A stretch of 61,442 nt of DNA from an uncultured Clostridia bacterium. Lineage in GTDB: Bacteria; Bacillota; Clostridia; HGM11327. Both the position numbers and the translations under genes were made by a program. Below the pieces are notes generated by a model that ran no database searches, was not told the DNA's origin, and saw nothing but the letters and a program-made list of their open reading frames with translations. The stretch is from the NCBI GenBank assembly GCA_945918795.1, contig CAMEIT010000003.1, forward strand, positions 1 to 61,442. Direction: 5' to 3'. Position 1 is the first letter of the stretch, and every line of letters begins with the position of its first letter. Of this stretch, positions 19,182-28,394 are shown one piece after another.

Positions 19182-20210
19182 TTATTTTTGATAAAGTTCA
19201 AGCTCATCAAACAGTTTTCTCCTGTCTTTGCCGGCTTTCACATCTGCAACAAGCGTCTTTACGGGAGCTTTTCGTTGCAATGATTTTTTGATATATCTGC
19301 AAATCGTATAAAGCCATGCCACGCACTTAAAAACAGGGTGTTTTTGGGCAAGCTCCCATCTCGCCAAGCCTTTCTCCTGCAATAGCTTGAAAAACTGTAT
19401 GGGATTGTGCACCTCGCCGACTATTCTCGCGCCTTTGTCCTGCATAAGGACCTTTCTGCCGAAATTTCCCTGCATAATGATATAGCTTATAAGGTCTCCG
19501 CAAACGCTTTCATCTGCATCCGAACACCATGTAATTTCATTTTCGCTTAAACCCAAATAGAGCTGGCACATTCTCGTTACAGATTTTGTCATTGTTTCCA
19601 AACCTGCTTTCTCAAGAACAGGCCGCATACTGCCATACCAATTATCATCATGAAGCTTGCTATTGACATACATCATCCAATCAATTATATGTCTCAATCC
19701 AATTCCGGTTTTTAAATGTCTTACAATATGCGTCAAAAGGACAATTCCATTCTGAAGCCATGGTAGCATAGGAACCCGACAAAAATCAACGTCGGCAATT
19801 TCTGCATTTTCAATGCCATTCCATATCAATTCCAGCAGGTATTCACCCTCTTTGCAGTCATCGAGCACACCTACAGGCTGATGGTGAATTTCAAACATAA
19901 AGCCATTCTTGTGTAATGTGATGTGATTTTTTGAATGATTTTCCTCGTACATGAGCTGATAACCGTTATCTTTCATCAGCTGATAGGCACGCTGAAAATC
20001 CGACTTTCCCACCAAAAAATCTATGTCGCCCATTGCTCATTCGTACGGTATTCCGGCAATGGCATGTGCCTCCAATTCACGGTATATTTCTTCCCAGTCA
20101 TTGTCCGTCAATTCAAGGCTTCCGCTATCGTCCGGTGTAACAGATTCTTCATTCTCTTGTGCAAATAAAGCTGCTTTGACAAGCAAGCCCATAATTTTTG
20201 TTTTATCCAT
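19182..20210 (-). pseudogene. nucleotidyltransferase-family gene (PF14907-like) interrupted by an in-frame TGA
   Basis: A 57-codon ORF (ATG 20210; MDKTKIMGLLVKAALF...AHAIAGIPYE) ends at TGA 20039-20037. After one codon (GCA) the same frame continues with MGDIDFLVGKSDF... (track ORF 19182..20033). Total 343 codons in one frame. Confidence 0.6.
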
Positions 20211-20723
20211 TTTTATACCAACTTTAAACTCGCATTATTATGCACTGCTTATTGTATATATTTTCTCAGCTCCTGTAATATACGGGCTGAAGCGTTCTGT
20301 TTTTGAGGCTTGCTATCCTCATGCCCTTCGTATATGTCCATTTAATATAAAACATTGTAAATGTCAATATATTGCGCTTTCATCCATAATTCTTTAATAC
20401 TTTACCCGCTTTGTTAAAAGGTAAAGGAAAGACTTCAGTTTCTCGCACTCGCCGGTATGGGGCTTAATTGCAGTTAAGAAACCGACCTCCTGGAGATGAA
20501 GTAACGAGGATCTGGCAAAGGGTGATGGGTGTAAAGGATACGCGAGGATTGGACGGAGGGTGAAGAGGTAAAGAGATTAGATTGCATTTGGGTTCACCTT
20601 GTCCTTTCCTACATCCATACACTCAAAACTCGATTCAAATGCTGTGGCTAATAGCTTATTTGAATGAATTTACACCTACCGGAATAAGCGCCCTTAGATG
20701 GAAACACCGCCTGAATCCACGTG

Positions 20724-21750
20724 TTATTTTATTAACTTTTTCCGGTTTTCAAGAAAAACAGCAGCAAATTCTGAGACCCTTGTTATGCTGTAAGCAATAA
20801 CGAATGAAAGAACTACCAAATAGATAAAACTCAAAAACAAGTTCTGTAGTTGTAAACGGTTTGCAATTTTTATAGCAATTGAAAGAACTATGTAATGGCA
20901 TCCGTATATCTCCAACGTTCTTCTACCTATTTGCTGCAATAACCTGCAATTTGATATTATCTTTGAAATGCCAATAACAAGCAGTATTCCTGAGATTGCG
21001 TTGACAAAAAACATTATAATATTTCCATAATTAGCGCACCAAAATGCCACCTCAGGACTACCTAATACTTTCAAATTTATCCAATTCCCTGCTATCAACA
21101 CGCTCCCAGCCAAAATAATTATCTTCACCGAATTCAAGCTATTTACACGCCTTGCTGCCCACTGCCGCAGCTCAATGCCGAAGCCAATACATAGCGATGC
21201 CATTGGGACACAATATAGATTAAAAGGGAGTTGTACGTTTACAACGTCATTAATCCATATCCCCACTGCTGTAACAATAGCCCAACAGAACATTGTTCTG
21301 TTTAATGAACGCATGAAATACCATATATACATCACCAGAATTTCAGAAAGCAACAAAGTTGGAAGAAACCAAATTTCACTAATAATTGATTGTTTAGTCA
21401 ATAACAGTGTCCCAATTATTTCTTCACCACTAATTGCAGTATGATTGAAGATTCTTACTGCTATATTATATATCAGATTAAGGCCTCCATAAAGCAAATA
21501 CCCCCCCAAGCCTTTTTACCTTAATGCAACACGTTGATTTTATTTCTATTAGATTTTCCTTGTATTTAAACGTCCATCCGCTCAAAACAAAGAAAAGTGC
21601 CATGTGAAAAGAATATATTGTATATACAATAAAATCTGGTTGAACCCAACTTGTTTTCTTGGATGCATGGCCAAATACTACAAGTATAATCGCCAAAGCT
21701 TTTGCTACATCTATCCAATCTATGCGTTTCGATTTATCAACACCCATCAT
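20724..21750 (-). pseudogene. acyltransferase family 3 (membrane O-acyltransferase) gene split by a frameshift in a G7 run
   Basis: N-terminal ORF 21478..21750 (RIDWIDVAKALAIILVVFGH, FHMALFFVLSGW) and C-terminal ORF 20724..21509 overlap in different frames at C7 (21501-21507). Loss of one base gives 1026 nt, or 341 aa. Confidence 0.75.
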
Positions 21751-21812
21751 ATTATCTGCCTCTTACAAGAACCACATTTATTGTAATCCCATTATCAGGA
21801 TAATCTTCTCTT

Positions 21813-22973
21813 TTAAACAATATTTTCACGATAAAAGTCGGCTATTTTTTTCTCATATTTATCCCATGTAAACTCAGCTATAGTATTTTTTGTTTGTTCA
21901 CTCATGAATTCCAATAATCCAGGCTCATTATAAATTTTGTCTATCGCTCCAACAATTGCCTGCGTATCTTTGGATGGTATCACTATCCCATCTTTCATAT
22001 GAGTAATAATACTGCCAACATTATTAGTAACAATGCACGGCATACCTGATGCAATAGCCTCATACACACTCAAAGATGAACCTTCTGCCAAAGAGGGAAG
22101 AATAAAGACATCATTGGAATAGAAAAATTCATTGATCTTACTATGAGGAACTCGTCCAACGTAGGAAACAGAGTCCACTTTATTTATTTCCTGCACCATC
22201 TGTTTCCCACTCTCATCTGGCAATCCAATCATTGTCAAATAAACCTTTGAAGAATCAAAACATTTCAAAGCCTCAATCAAATAATCCGTTCCCTTACGCT
22301 CTGAAATATTTGCTACAGAAAGCAATTTCAATGGTTCATCCGATTTTCTATGCCGCTTTCTATAGTGGAATGCCTCCACACTTGCACCATAAGGAATAAT
22401 ATGGTATTTATTTGAATATACATTGCGGTAGTGATTTTCTATAGATTCTTTTACAAATCCAGATGCCATCAGAATATAGTCTGCCATATCGAAGTTTTCT
22501 TTTTGTCGCAATAATTTTGTGTCAGAGTCAACACATGTCTTCTTGTCTATAAACTGTTGTGTATCATATGCGATAATCTGTTCATAAACGATTCTGATTC
22601 CTCGGTTTTTGGCATACCTTATTACTTCATTGCAATAATCCTGCAAAACATGAATACAATCAACATTGCGCAGATTTTTTATTACCCACTTTTCAAACTG
22701 AGAAAAATAAAACTTCTCAAACTTTTCAGGGTTAACCTTATATAACAAAAATAAAGTCTTAATCCATACACTAGTCTTAACATTGTGGTCAATTTTGGAA
22801 TATTTATAGCCACTGATCAATGATTTATACTTGGTTTTCATTAAAATCTTATCTATCAAATCACCTTTGTAATAATAGCCAAATAAGCCTACAACATCTC
22901 TATCTTCACCTATTGCCCCTGCCATACTATAGTACACATGATGCTTCAAAGGGTGAATAAAAGCAATCTTCAT
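21813..22973 (-). CDS. glycosyltransferase family 4 (GT-B)
   Basis: C-terminal EX7E motif, LPSLAEGSSLSVYEAIASGMPCIVTN. Confidence 0.85.
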   Translation of the reverse strand: MKIAFIHPLKHHVYYSMAGAIGEDRDVVGLFGYYYKGDLIDKILMKTKYKSLISGYKYSKIDHNVKTSVWIKTLFLLYKVNPEKFEKFYFSQFEKWVIKNLRNVDCIHVLQDYCNEVIRYAKNRGIRIVYEQIIAYDTQQFIDKKTCVDSDTKLLRQKENFDMADYILMASGFVKESIENHYRNVYSNKYHIIPYGASVEAFHYRKRHRKSDEPLKLLSVANISERKGTDYLIEALKCFDSSKVYLTMIGLPDESGKQMVQEINKVDSVSYVGRVPHSKINEFFYSNDVFILPSLAEGSSLSVYEAIASGMPCIVTNNVGSIITHMKDGIVIPSKDTQAIVGAIDKIYNEPGLLEFMSEQTKNTIAEFTWDKYEKKIADFYRENIV

Positions 22974-23081
22974 TCCATCTTCTCCTTCCTAATGTCCGAA
23001 ATCAAATTATGAGTCTTATCAGGATAATAATTTCAGACTTTCAAAAAGCAGCGCATAATAGCGAATCCTACGAACAATTAC

Positions 23082-24605
23082 TCATTTTCGAAGAACTTTT
23101 GAATATAGCTTTCGAATTTTTAGCATAAAAATAGAAAATTCAGGTTGTTTATAGTATCTCAACAAAAACAAAATTGACTCAAATAAAACAATTATTACCC
23201 CTTTAAGACACCATATAAACCAATTAGTAGTCGGAAACCTTGATCCAATAGCTTGTAATACAATTGCTCCGAATATAATCATAACGATACTTTTTATGTA
23301 ATCCAAATAATACTCAGAAACATTTTTTTTGAAATACATAGAATATATTAGTGAAGGCTCATACCAGAAGTATGTTACCAGTCTAGAGATAACTGTCGCA
23401 ACAATAATACCTGATGCACCATATTTAGTTCCCATCAAAATTGATAGAACAATATTCACAATAGCAGTTCCTACCATAATATACTTTGTCTTATTATATA
23501 GGCCTGCTGCTTCTCTATATGACCAAATAGGTTGCATTGCAATAGTAAAGTACAGGTTGATTGCAATAGCTACAGTCATCGTACCTCCCATTACGTATTG
23601 TTCTCCCAACCAAAGAGTAATACAATCATCAATTAGCAAGTAAACACCCAAGGCAACAATTCCGCTAATCCAATGGCTAAGCATTTGAACCGTTTTGAAT
23701 ACTTCATAATTCTTATCTTTATCATTTTCCACAATCAGGTTTCCAATACCCGCAGTTAATGAAGAAAACAATATGTGTATGAAACTTGTTAATTGATTTG
23801 TAATTGTAAGATAATTCGAATAAAACCCAACAGCAAGTGTTCCCACAATTTTGGACATGATGATACTATCTGTCCCACCCATAATACTGCTAGCAAATTT
23901 ATAAAGAAAAACTGACTTCATGTTGGCAAAGATATCAGTTCTTTCTTTATTGCCCAATTCAACCTTTTTATTTATATATGGATAGTATTTGTCTGCTGTT
24001 TTTGTAACGATAATATTATTTGTGAGTGTGCCAACCACTTCCAATATAGTGTAAACAAGAAAACTGTTCAGTGTAACAATAGCTACGCATTGCATTGCTA
24101 TCTTCACTATTGTCACATAAATATTTAGTTTATTCACAATGTAGCTTTTTTGATCAGCGCTAATAACTGTCTGCTTGTAAACCATTAGATACGAAGCTAC
24201 TGTATTTGCAAGTGCCACAATATAATAAATATGTATATTGGGTATTTCGCGATCAAGGTTTATGATATACTTCAGAAACGGGATCAGACAAACACCTATG
24301 ATAGCAACTGTAATAGCAATAATATTATATATTTTTTTATAAAAGCCTATTAATGCCGCAATTTTATCCTCATCTTTTTCTGCAAGCGGTTTATAGTAGC
24401 TGTAAGCCATCGCTACTCCGAATCCCAAGTCAGCCATAGACAGCAATGATAAAATATTAGAAAACAACCCATTGATTCCTAAATACTCGACACCTATAAA
24501 CTGAACAAATAATCTACGACTCACAAATGTGAGCAGTAGGATTATTACTTTATTTAAAAATCCTGTTCGTATGTTTTTATTGGCATTTTCTGTTCGATTG
24601 TTCAA
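23082..24605 (-). CDS. wzx: Wzx-type oligosaccharide flippase (MOP superfamily polysaccharide biosynthesis protein)
   Basis: 507 aa, about 12-14 TM helices, an N-terminus typical of PST-family flippases, located within the EPS locus. Confidence 0.8.
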   Translation of the reverse strand: MNNRTENANKNIRTGFLNKVIILLLTFVSRRLFVQFIGVEYLGINGLFSNILSLLSMADLGFGVAMAYSYYKPLAEKDEDKIAALIGFYKKIYNIIAITVAIIGVCLIPFLKYIINLDREIPNIHIYYIVALANTVASYLMVYKQTVISADQKSYIVNKLNIYVTIVKIAMQCVAIVTLNSFLVYTILEVVGTLTNNIIVTKTADKYYPYINKKVELGNKERTDIFANMKSVFLYKFASSIMGGTDSIIMSKIVGTLAVGFYSNYLTITNQLTSFIHILFSSLTAGIGNLIVENDKDKNYEVFKTVQMLSHWISGIVALGVYLLIDDCITLWLGEQYVMGGTMTVAIAINLYFTIAMQPIWSYREAAGLYNKTKYIMVGTAIVNIVLSILMGTKYGASGIIVATVISRLVTYFWYEPSLIYSMYFKKNVSEYYLDYIKSIVMIIFGAIVLQAIGSRFPTTNWFIWCLKGVIIVLFESILFLLRYYKQPEFSIFMLKIRKLYSKVLRK

Positions 24606-24619
24606 AACTGTGTTCTCCT

Positions 24620-25669
24620 TTATTCTGCAATGAATTTGGCCATATTCGCAAAATCAGAATTAAAATAGCCATTAAAACTATGTTCTTTTAATTCAAGCAT
24701 TTCCTGTATTTTATCCTTTATATTATCCTCACAAGTACAGAAAGTAATATATGGAAGTTCTCGTAACAAATTATAAATGCTCCTAATTTTGTGATTTGAA
24801 TTACCAAACACAATACAAGGTGTTCCAGTAATCGCCGCAAAAATCATTCCATGAAGTCTGTCGGTTATGAGCAAAGAACATTGCGATATTTTTTTTAACT
24901 GATTGTCAACAATGCGTCGCCTATTTAAAAAAATATCTTTTTCTTCCGTGATATTATCAATTTCTCTTACTATCCCCATGCTTTTCGCCAATTCTATAAT
25001 TCTCTTTTTTTCCTTAGTATCCAAATCGGTTTCTTTATCAGCTCGAAAACATGTTAAGATTCCTTCTCGATATACGTTGTCCATATGTGCTACATTGTAA
25101 TTAAAAACAATATCCGGATACATATGTGACCGATTTGCAAAGTATTTATCAAAAATCTTTTGAGTTCTTTCTTCTCTGGATAACAGAATCAAATTAGGAT
25201 TCCGAGAGTAAATTGTATATGTTTTTTTAAACTCTTTTTTTCCTTTTTCATCATTGGTGAATAAGCATGTTTGAGGAAATAAAATTATTCTATTGTCTTT
25301 AAATGCACTTATAACCATTCTTCTGTTTTTCTCAGTTAAGGAATACAAATTCCCTAAATTTCCGCCACCTTGAAGAATAATCACATCATTCTTATGAATA
25401 ACTTGTTTCAGGGCAAAAAAGCTCTCAAAAAAACAATTTAGGGGAACATCAACCAATACATATTCTGAAAAATACCTTTTATGAAAATCCTTTATAGCTT
25501 CTGAAATGGCCAGATCTCCTATGTTAGAATAATCTGCTGATCCCAAAAAATACATTCGATGTTCACCAGAAACATCGTACAAATTTTTATAGTATGATGC
25601 TTTTTTCTTAGCCTCAACAAATTCGTTTAATTCCCTACTTACCACTTGAATTCTTTTTTTTAGCCCCAC
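24620..25669 (-). CDS. polysaccharide pyruvyl transferase family protein
   Basis: YSNIGDLAISEA near the N-terminus and LLITDRLHGMIFAAITGTPCI near the C-terminus (PS_pyruv_trans signature). Confidence 0.8.
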   Translation of the reverse strand: MGLKKRIQVVSRELNEFVEAKKKASYYKNLYDVSGEHRMYFLGSADYSNIGDLAISEAIKDFHKRYFSEYVLVDVPLNCFFESFFALKQVIHKNDVIILQGGGNLGNLYSLTEKNRRMVISAFKDNRIILFPQTCLFTNDEKGKKEFKKTYTIYSRNPNLILLSREERTQKIFDKYFANRSHMYPDIVFNYNVAHMDNVYREGILTCFRADKETDLDTKEKKRIIELAKSMGIVREIDNITEEKDIFLNRRRIVDNQLKKISQCSLLITDRLHGMIFAAITGTPCIVFGNSNHKIRSIYNLLRELPYITFCTCEDNIKDKIQEMLELKEHSFNGYFNSDFANMAKFIAE

Positions 25670-26709
25670 TATCTTGCACCTCTTCTACCATGAATTAACA
25701 ATCTTCTATATATACGAAATAGAGGCATTCTATGGATACGGAGACATACCGCAAGAACGCCATTTCTTGTAAATCCATATTCTCGCATACTAAGATATGG
25801 CCTAACTATTTTATACTCATCTGTCGCAAGTATCCCCTTTATATTTTCTAGTTTGTCGTTTTCACTTGATAGTTCTTTATACGCAACAAATAGTATCAAA
25901 TCCGATAAATTCCTATCAATTTGGTACGTAAAATCAAACTCCTTGCGATAATCCTCATTAATAACCTTTAATGTGGTATATAATTTTATTATCTGTTTCC
26001 ACATGACTGGTGAACAAGTTCCCATGATTGATTCGGAATTACTCCGATAGTGATAATTGAAAGAATCACGCATTATATAAATACTTTGAGCATTTGCAAT
26101 CACAGGAAACATAATATTCAAATCTTCACCTATTGTAATATCAAGATTACAGTATTTCACACAATCTATTATTATTCTCGTTTTTATCATCTTAGCCCAA
26201 CGGCAAATTCTAATTCCTCGGCTCAAATATTCTCCATCATTAATCAATTTAGGGAAAATCTCTTGAACAATTTTGTCCTTTGAATAATAGCCACATTCAA
26301 TTGGATGCACATCTTTAACACTATGATCTGCATATTCTTTCAAAAAATTGCAACATATAATATCCGGATTAAATTTTGAATATACTGTCAGGAAATCCTC
26401 TATCATATTCGGACTTATCCAATCATCGCTATCAACAAATACCGTGTACTCACCTCTAGCAACATTAACTCCAGCTAGCCAAGCCGACATTAATCCACCA
26501 TTGTCCTTATGTATTACAATAATTTTATCATCCCTTTTAGAATAAGAATCACATATTTCCCCAGAATTATCTTTTGAACCATCATCAACCAGGATCAATT
26601 CCATGTTATCCTTTAGTTGTGGCAGAATACTATTTAAACACTGCTCCAAATAGGCTTCGACTTGGTACACAGGGACTATTACTGATATCAAAATTTTATT
26701 CTTCATCAT
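25669..26709 (-). CDS. glycosyltransferase family 2
   Basis: ISVIVPVYQVEAYLEQCLNSIL, VDDGSKD and DSDDW motifs. Confidence 0.9.
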   Translation of the reverse strand: MMKNKILISVIVPVYQVEAYLEQCLNSILPQLKDNMELILVDDGSKDNSGEICDSYSKRDDKIIVIHKDNGGLMSAWLAGVNVARGEYTVFVDSDDWISPNMIEDFLTVYSKFNPDIICCNFLKEYADHSVKDVHPIECGYYSKDKIVQEIFPKLINDGEYLSRGIRICRWAKMIKTRIIIDCVKYCNLDITIGEDLNIMFPVIANAQSIYIMRDSFNYHYRSNSESIMGTCSPVMWKQIIKLYTTLKVINEDYRKEFDFTYQIDRNLSDLILFVAYKELSSENDKLENIKGILATDEYKIVRPYLSMREYGFTRNGVLAVCLRIHRMPLFRIYRRLLIHGRRGAR

Positions 26710-26717
26710 ATCTCACC

Positions 26718-27824
26718 TCACCATATATAGTTTGCAGCATAGTAGAAACCAGAATAAAAATTATGGACTAAAAGCATTACTATACCAAACATAATGCAAA
26801 GACCTGCAAACCTATTTATTACAAGTCCATTCTCACTTTCAATTCTAATTTCAGATATAATATATGGACAACAAAGTAGCAATAGTGCATTGTTCATTCT
26901 TGTTAGGAGAATATATTTCCCTATAATGGCGTATGTGAAAATCAATACACATAATACAAAATCATCCCATTTCCCAAGCCCCCCACTATTTTTCTTTCTA
27001 TATCTTACAATAATGTATGTAAACATAAGAAGTTGAAGCAAACAAACATAATATCTTCTTACATTAAATTCGCTTGCTTCGAATATATACATCTGTATTT
27101 TCTCAATCAAATAAGAAATATATGGAACTGAGATAAAGCCACTAATCTGCGGAACAATATACTGTAATAGCAGAGGGAAAACGACTAGGCCTAGCATTAT
27201 TACTTGTTTTGTATATTTCGTATAAATTACCAATAATAATCTGATGAAAATAAAAATGGTTACTGCTGGATGAATACTTGCCGCAAAAAGCATCATCAAC
27301 CAACATATAATTTTATTTTTTCTTTTTTGTAATTCGAGATATAAGGCAAAGATACACATGGTCACACTCATTGTGTTTCTCACATTGCTTATTGTTCCAA
27401 TATAACTTAATGTAAAACAGAAAAGTGTTATTGCAATCCAAACTTCACAGCGTCTATCATTTAAATTTGCATAATCGTAAACAATGTAAAATGTTACCCC
27501 ATATGTAAGAAAGGCAACTATAGCCGGTAAATAATGTACACTTGATAGCTTTGATACGATTAAGAGTAATGATCTAAACCCTGGTAGAACATCAATTTGT
27601 GTACTGTCAAAAAAACGCCCCGAGTTCTTTAACAGGTTTACTGAGACAAAATGATGTGCTAAATCCATATCTTGAGATGGTGAGAAGTGAAATGCGAAAT
27701 ATGCCAATAAAATAGCAGACAAGAATAAACTATTTCTTAATCCTTTTTTTGAATTTCTAAAAAGGAATGCTAAAAAGCAAACCGATATCAACAGTACATT
27801 TGTCAAAATCTGATCTACCGACAT
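26718..27824 (-). CDS. EpsG/Wzy-like polysaccharide polymerase (multi-pass membrane protein)
   Basis: 368 aa, about 10 TM helices. Size and position fit an EpsG-family repeat-unit polymerase. The call is by context and topology. Confidence 0.65.
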   Translation of the reverse strand: MSVDQILTNVLLISVCFLAFLFRNSKKGLRNSLFLSAILLAYFAFHFSPSQDMDLAHHFVSVNLLKNSGRFFDSTQIDVLPGFRSLLLIVSKLSSVHYLPAIVAFLTYGVTFYIVYDYANLNDRRCEVWIAITLFCFTLSYIGTISNVRNTMSVTMCIFALYLELQKRKNKIICWLMMLFAASIHPAVTIFIFIRLLLVIYTKYTKQVIMLGLVVFPLLLQYIVPQISGFISVPYISYLIEKIQMYIFEASEFNVRRYYVCLLQLLMFTYIIVRYRKKNSGGLGKWDDFVLCVLIFTYAIIGKYILLTRMNNALLLLCCPYIISEIRIESENGLVINRFAGLCIMFGIVMLLVHNFYSGFYYAANYIW

Positions 27825-28372
27825 TAATTCTCTCCTTCTTTTCTATATCCCACAATTTGTGCTAAGCTCCCTTTAGCCACACAAATCGAGTTTTCCGGTA
27901 TTCTCCCTTTTACTACACTTCCTGCTCCAATCACTGCATTATTCCCTATATAGGTATCCTTCAATATCACTACATTTGCTCCCACCCAAACATTCTCACC
28001 AATATACACCTCTCCAACCGAAAATCCCCTTCCTGCATTTATGTCATGATCATGATCAACTATTACAACATTATTGCCGAAAGTGCATTTATTCCCAATC
28101 CACACCTTATTCATCGCCGTTATTGATACATTATTATTAAAAAAACAAGCATCTCCTATTTGTAATTCACCATTCACAGCCTTAATATAAAGAGAATTAT
28201 TAGACTCAATATTTCTTCCAAGAATAACGGATGCTTCCTTCTTTATATTCAAAATTACTTTTCCTCGAAATCTTTGGATGCACGAAATATTCATACAAGG
28301 ATTTCTCATTTTCAATAAAAGGACACGCAAAAGATTCATGAAATATCCATAGTATCGACTAACTGCAATCAT
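27824..28372 (-). CDS. hexapeptide-repeat (LbH) O-acetyltransferase
   Basis: Repeated [LIV]G.N..[IV] hexapeptides (IGNKCTFGNNVVIV, IGENVWVGANVVI, IGNNAVIGAGSVV). GGGAGG RBS at 28380-28386. Confidence 0.8.
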   Translation of the reverse strand: MIAVSRYYGYFMNLLRVLLLKMRNPCMNISCIQRFRGKVILNIKKEASVILGRNIESNNSLYIKAVNGELQIGDACFFNNNVSITAMNKVWIGNKCTFGNNVVIVDHDHDINAGRGFSVGEVYIGENVWVGANVVILKDTYIGNNAVIGAGSVVKGRIPENSICVAKGSLAQIVGYRKEGEN

Positions 28373-28394
28373 ATCTCAACCTCCCTAAATATTT

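Noticed and set aside
20000-20039. Selenocysteine at the in-frame TGA codons (also 35730-35771)
   Set aside because: I see no SECIS-like stem-loop in the about 40 nt downstream of either TGA, and neither protein family is known to me as a selenoprotein. This was not formally folded.
20249-20341. 30-aa minus-strand ORF (MDIYEGHEDSKPQKQNASARILQELRKYIQ) upstream of the nucleotidyltransferase pseudogene
   Set aside because: It has no Shine-Dalgarno sequence and no recognisable family, and an ORF of this length is expected by chance.
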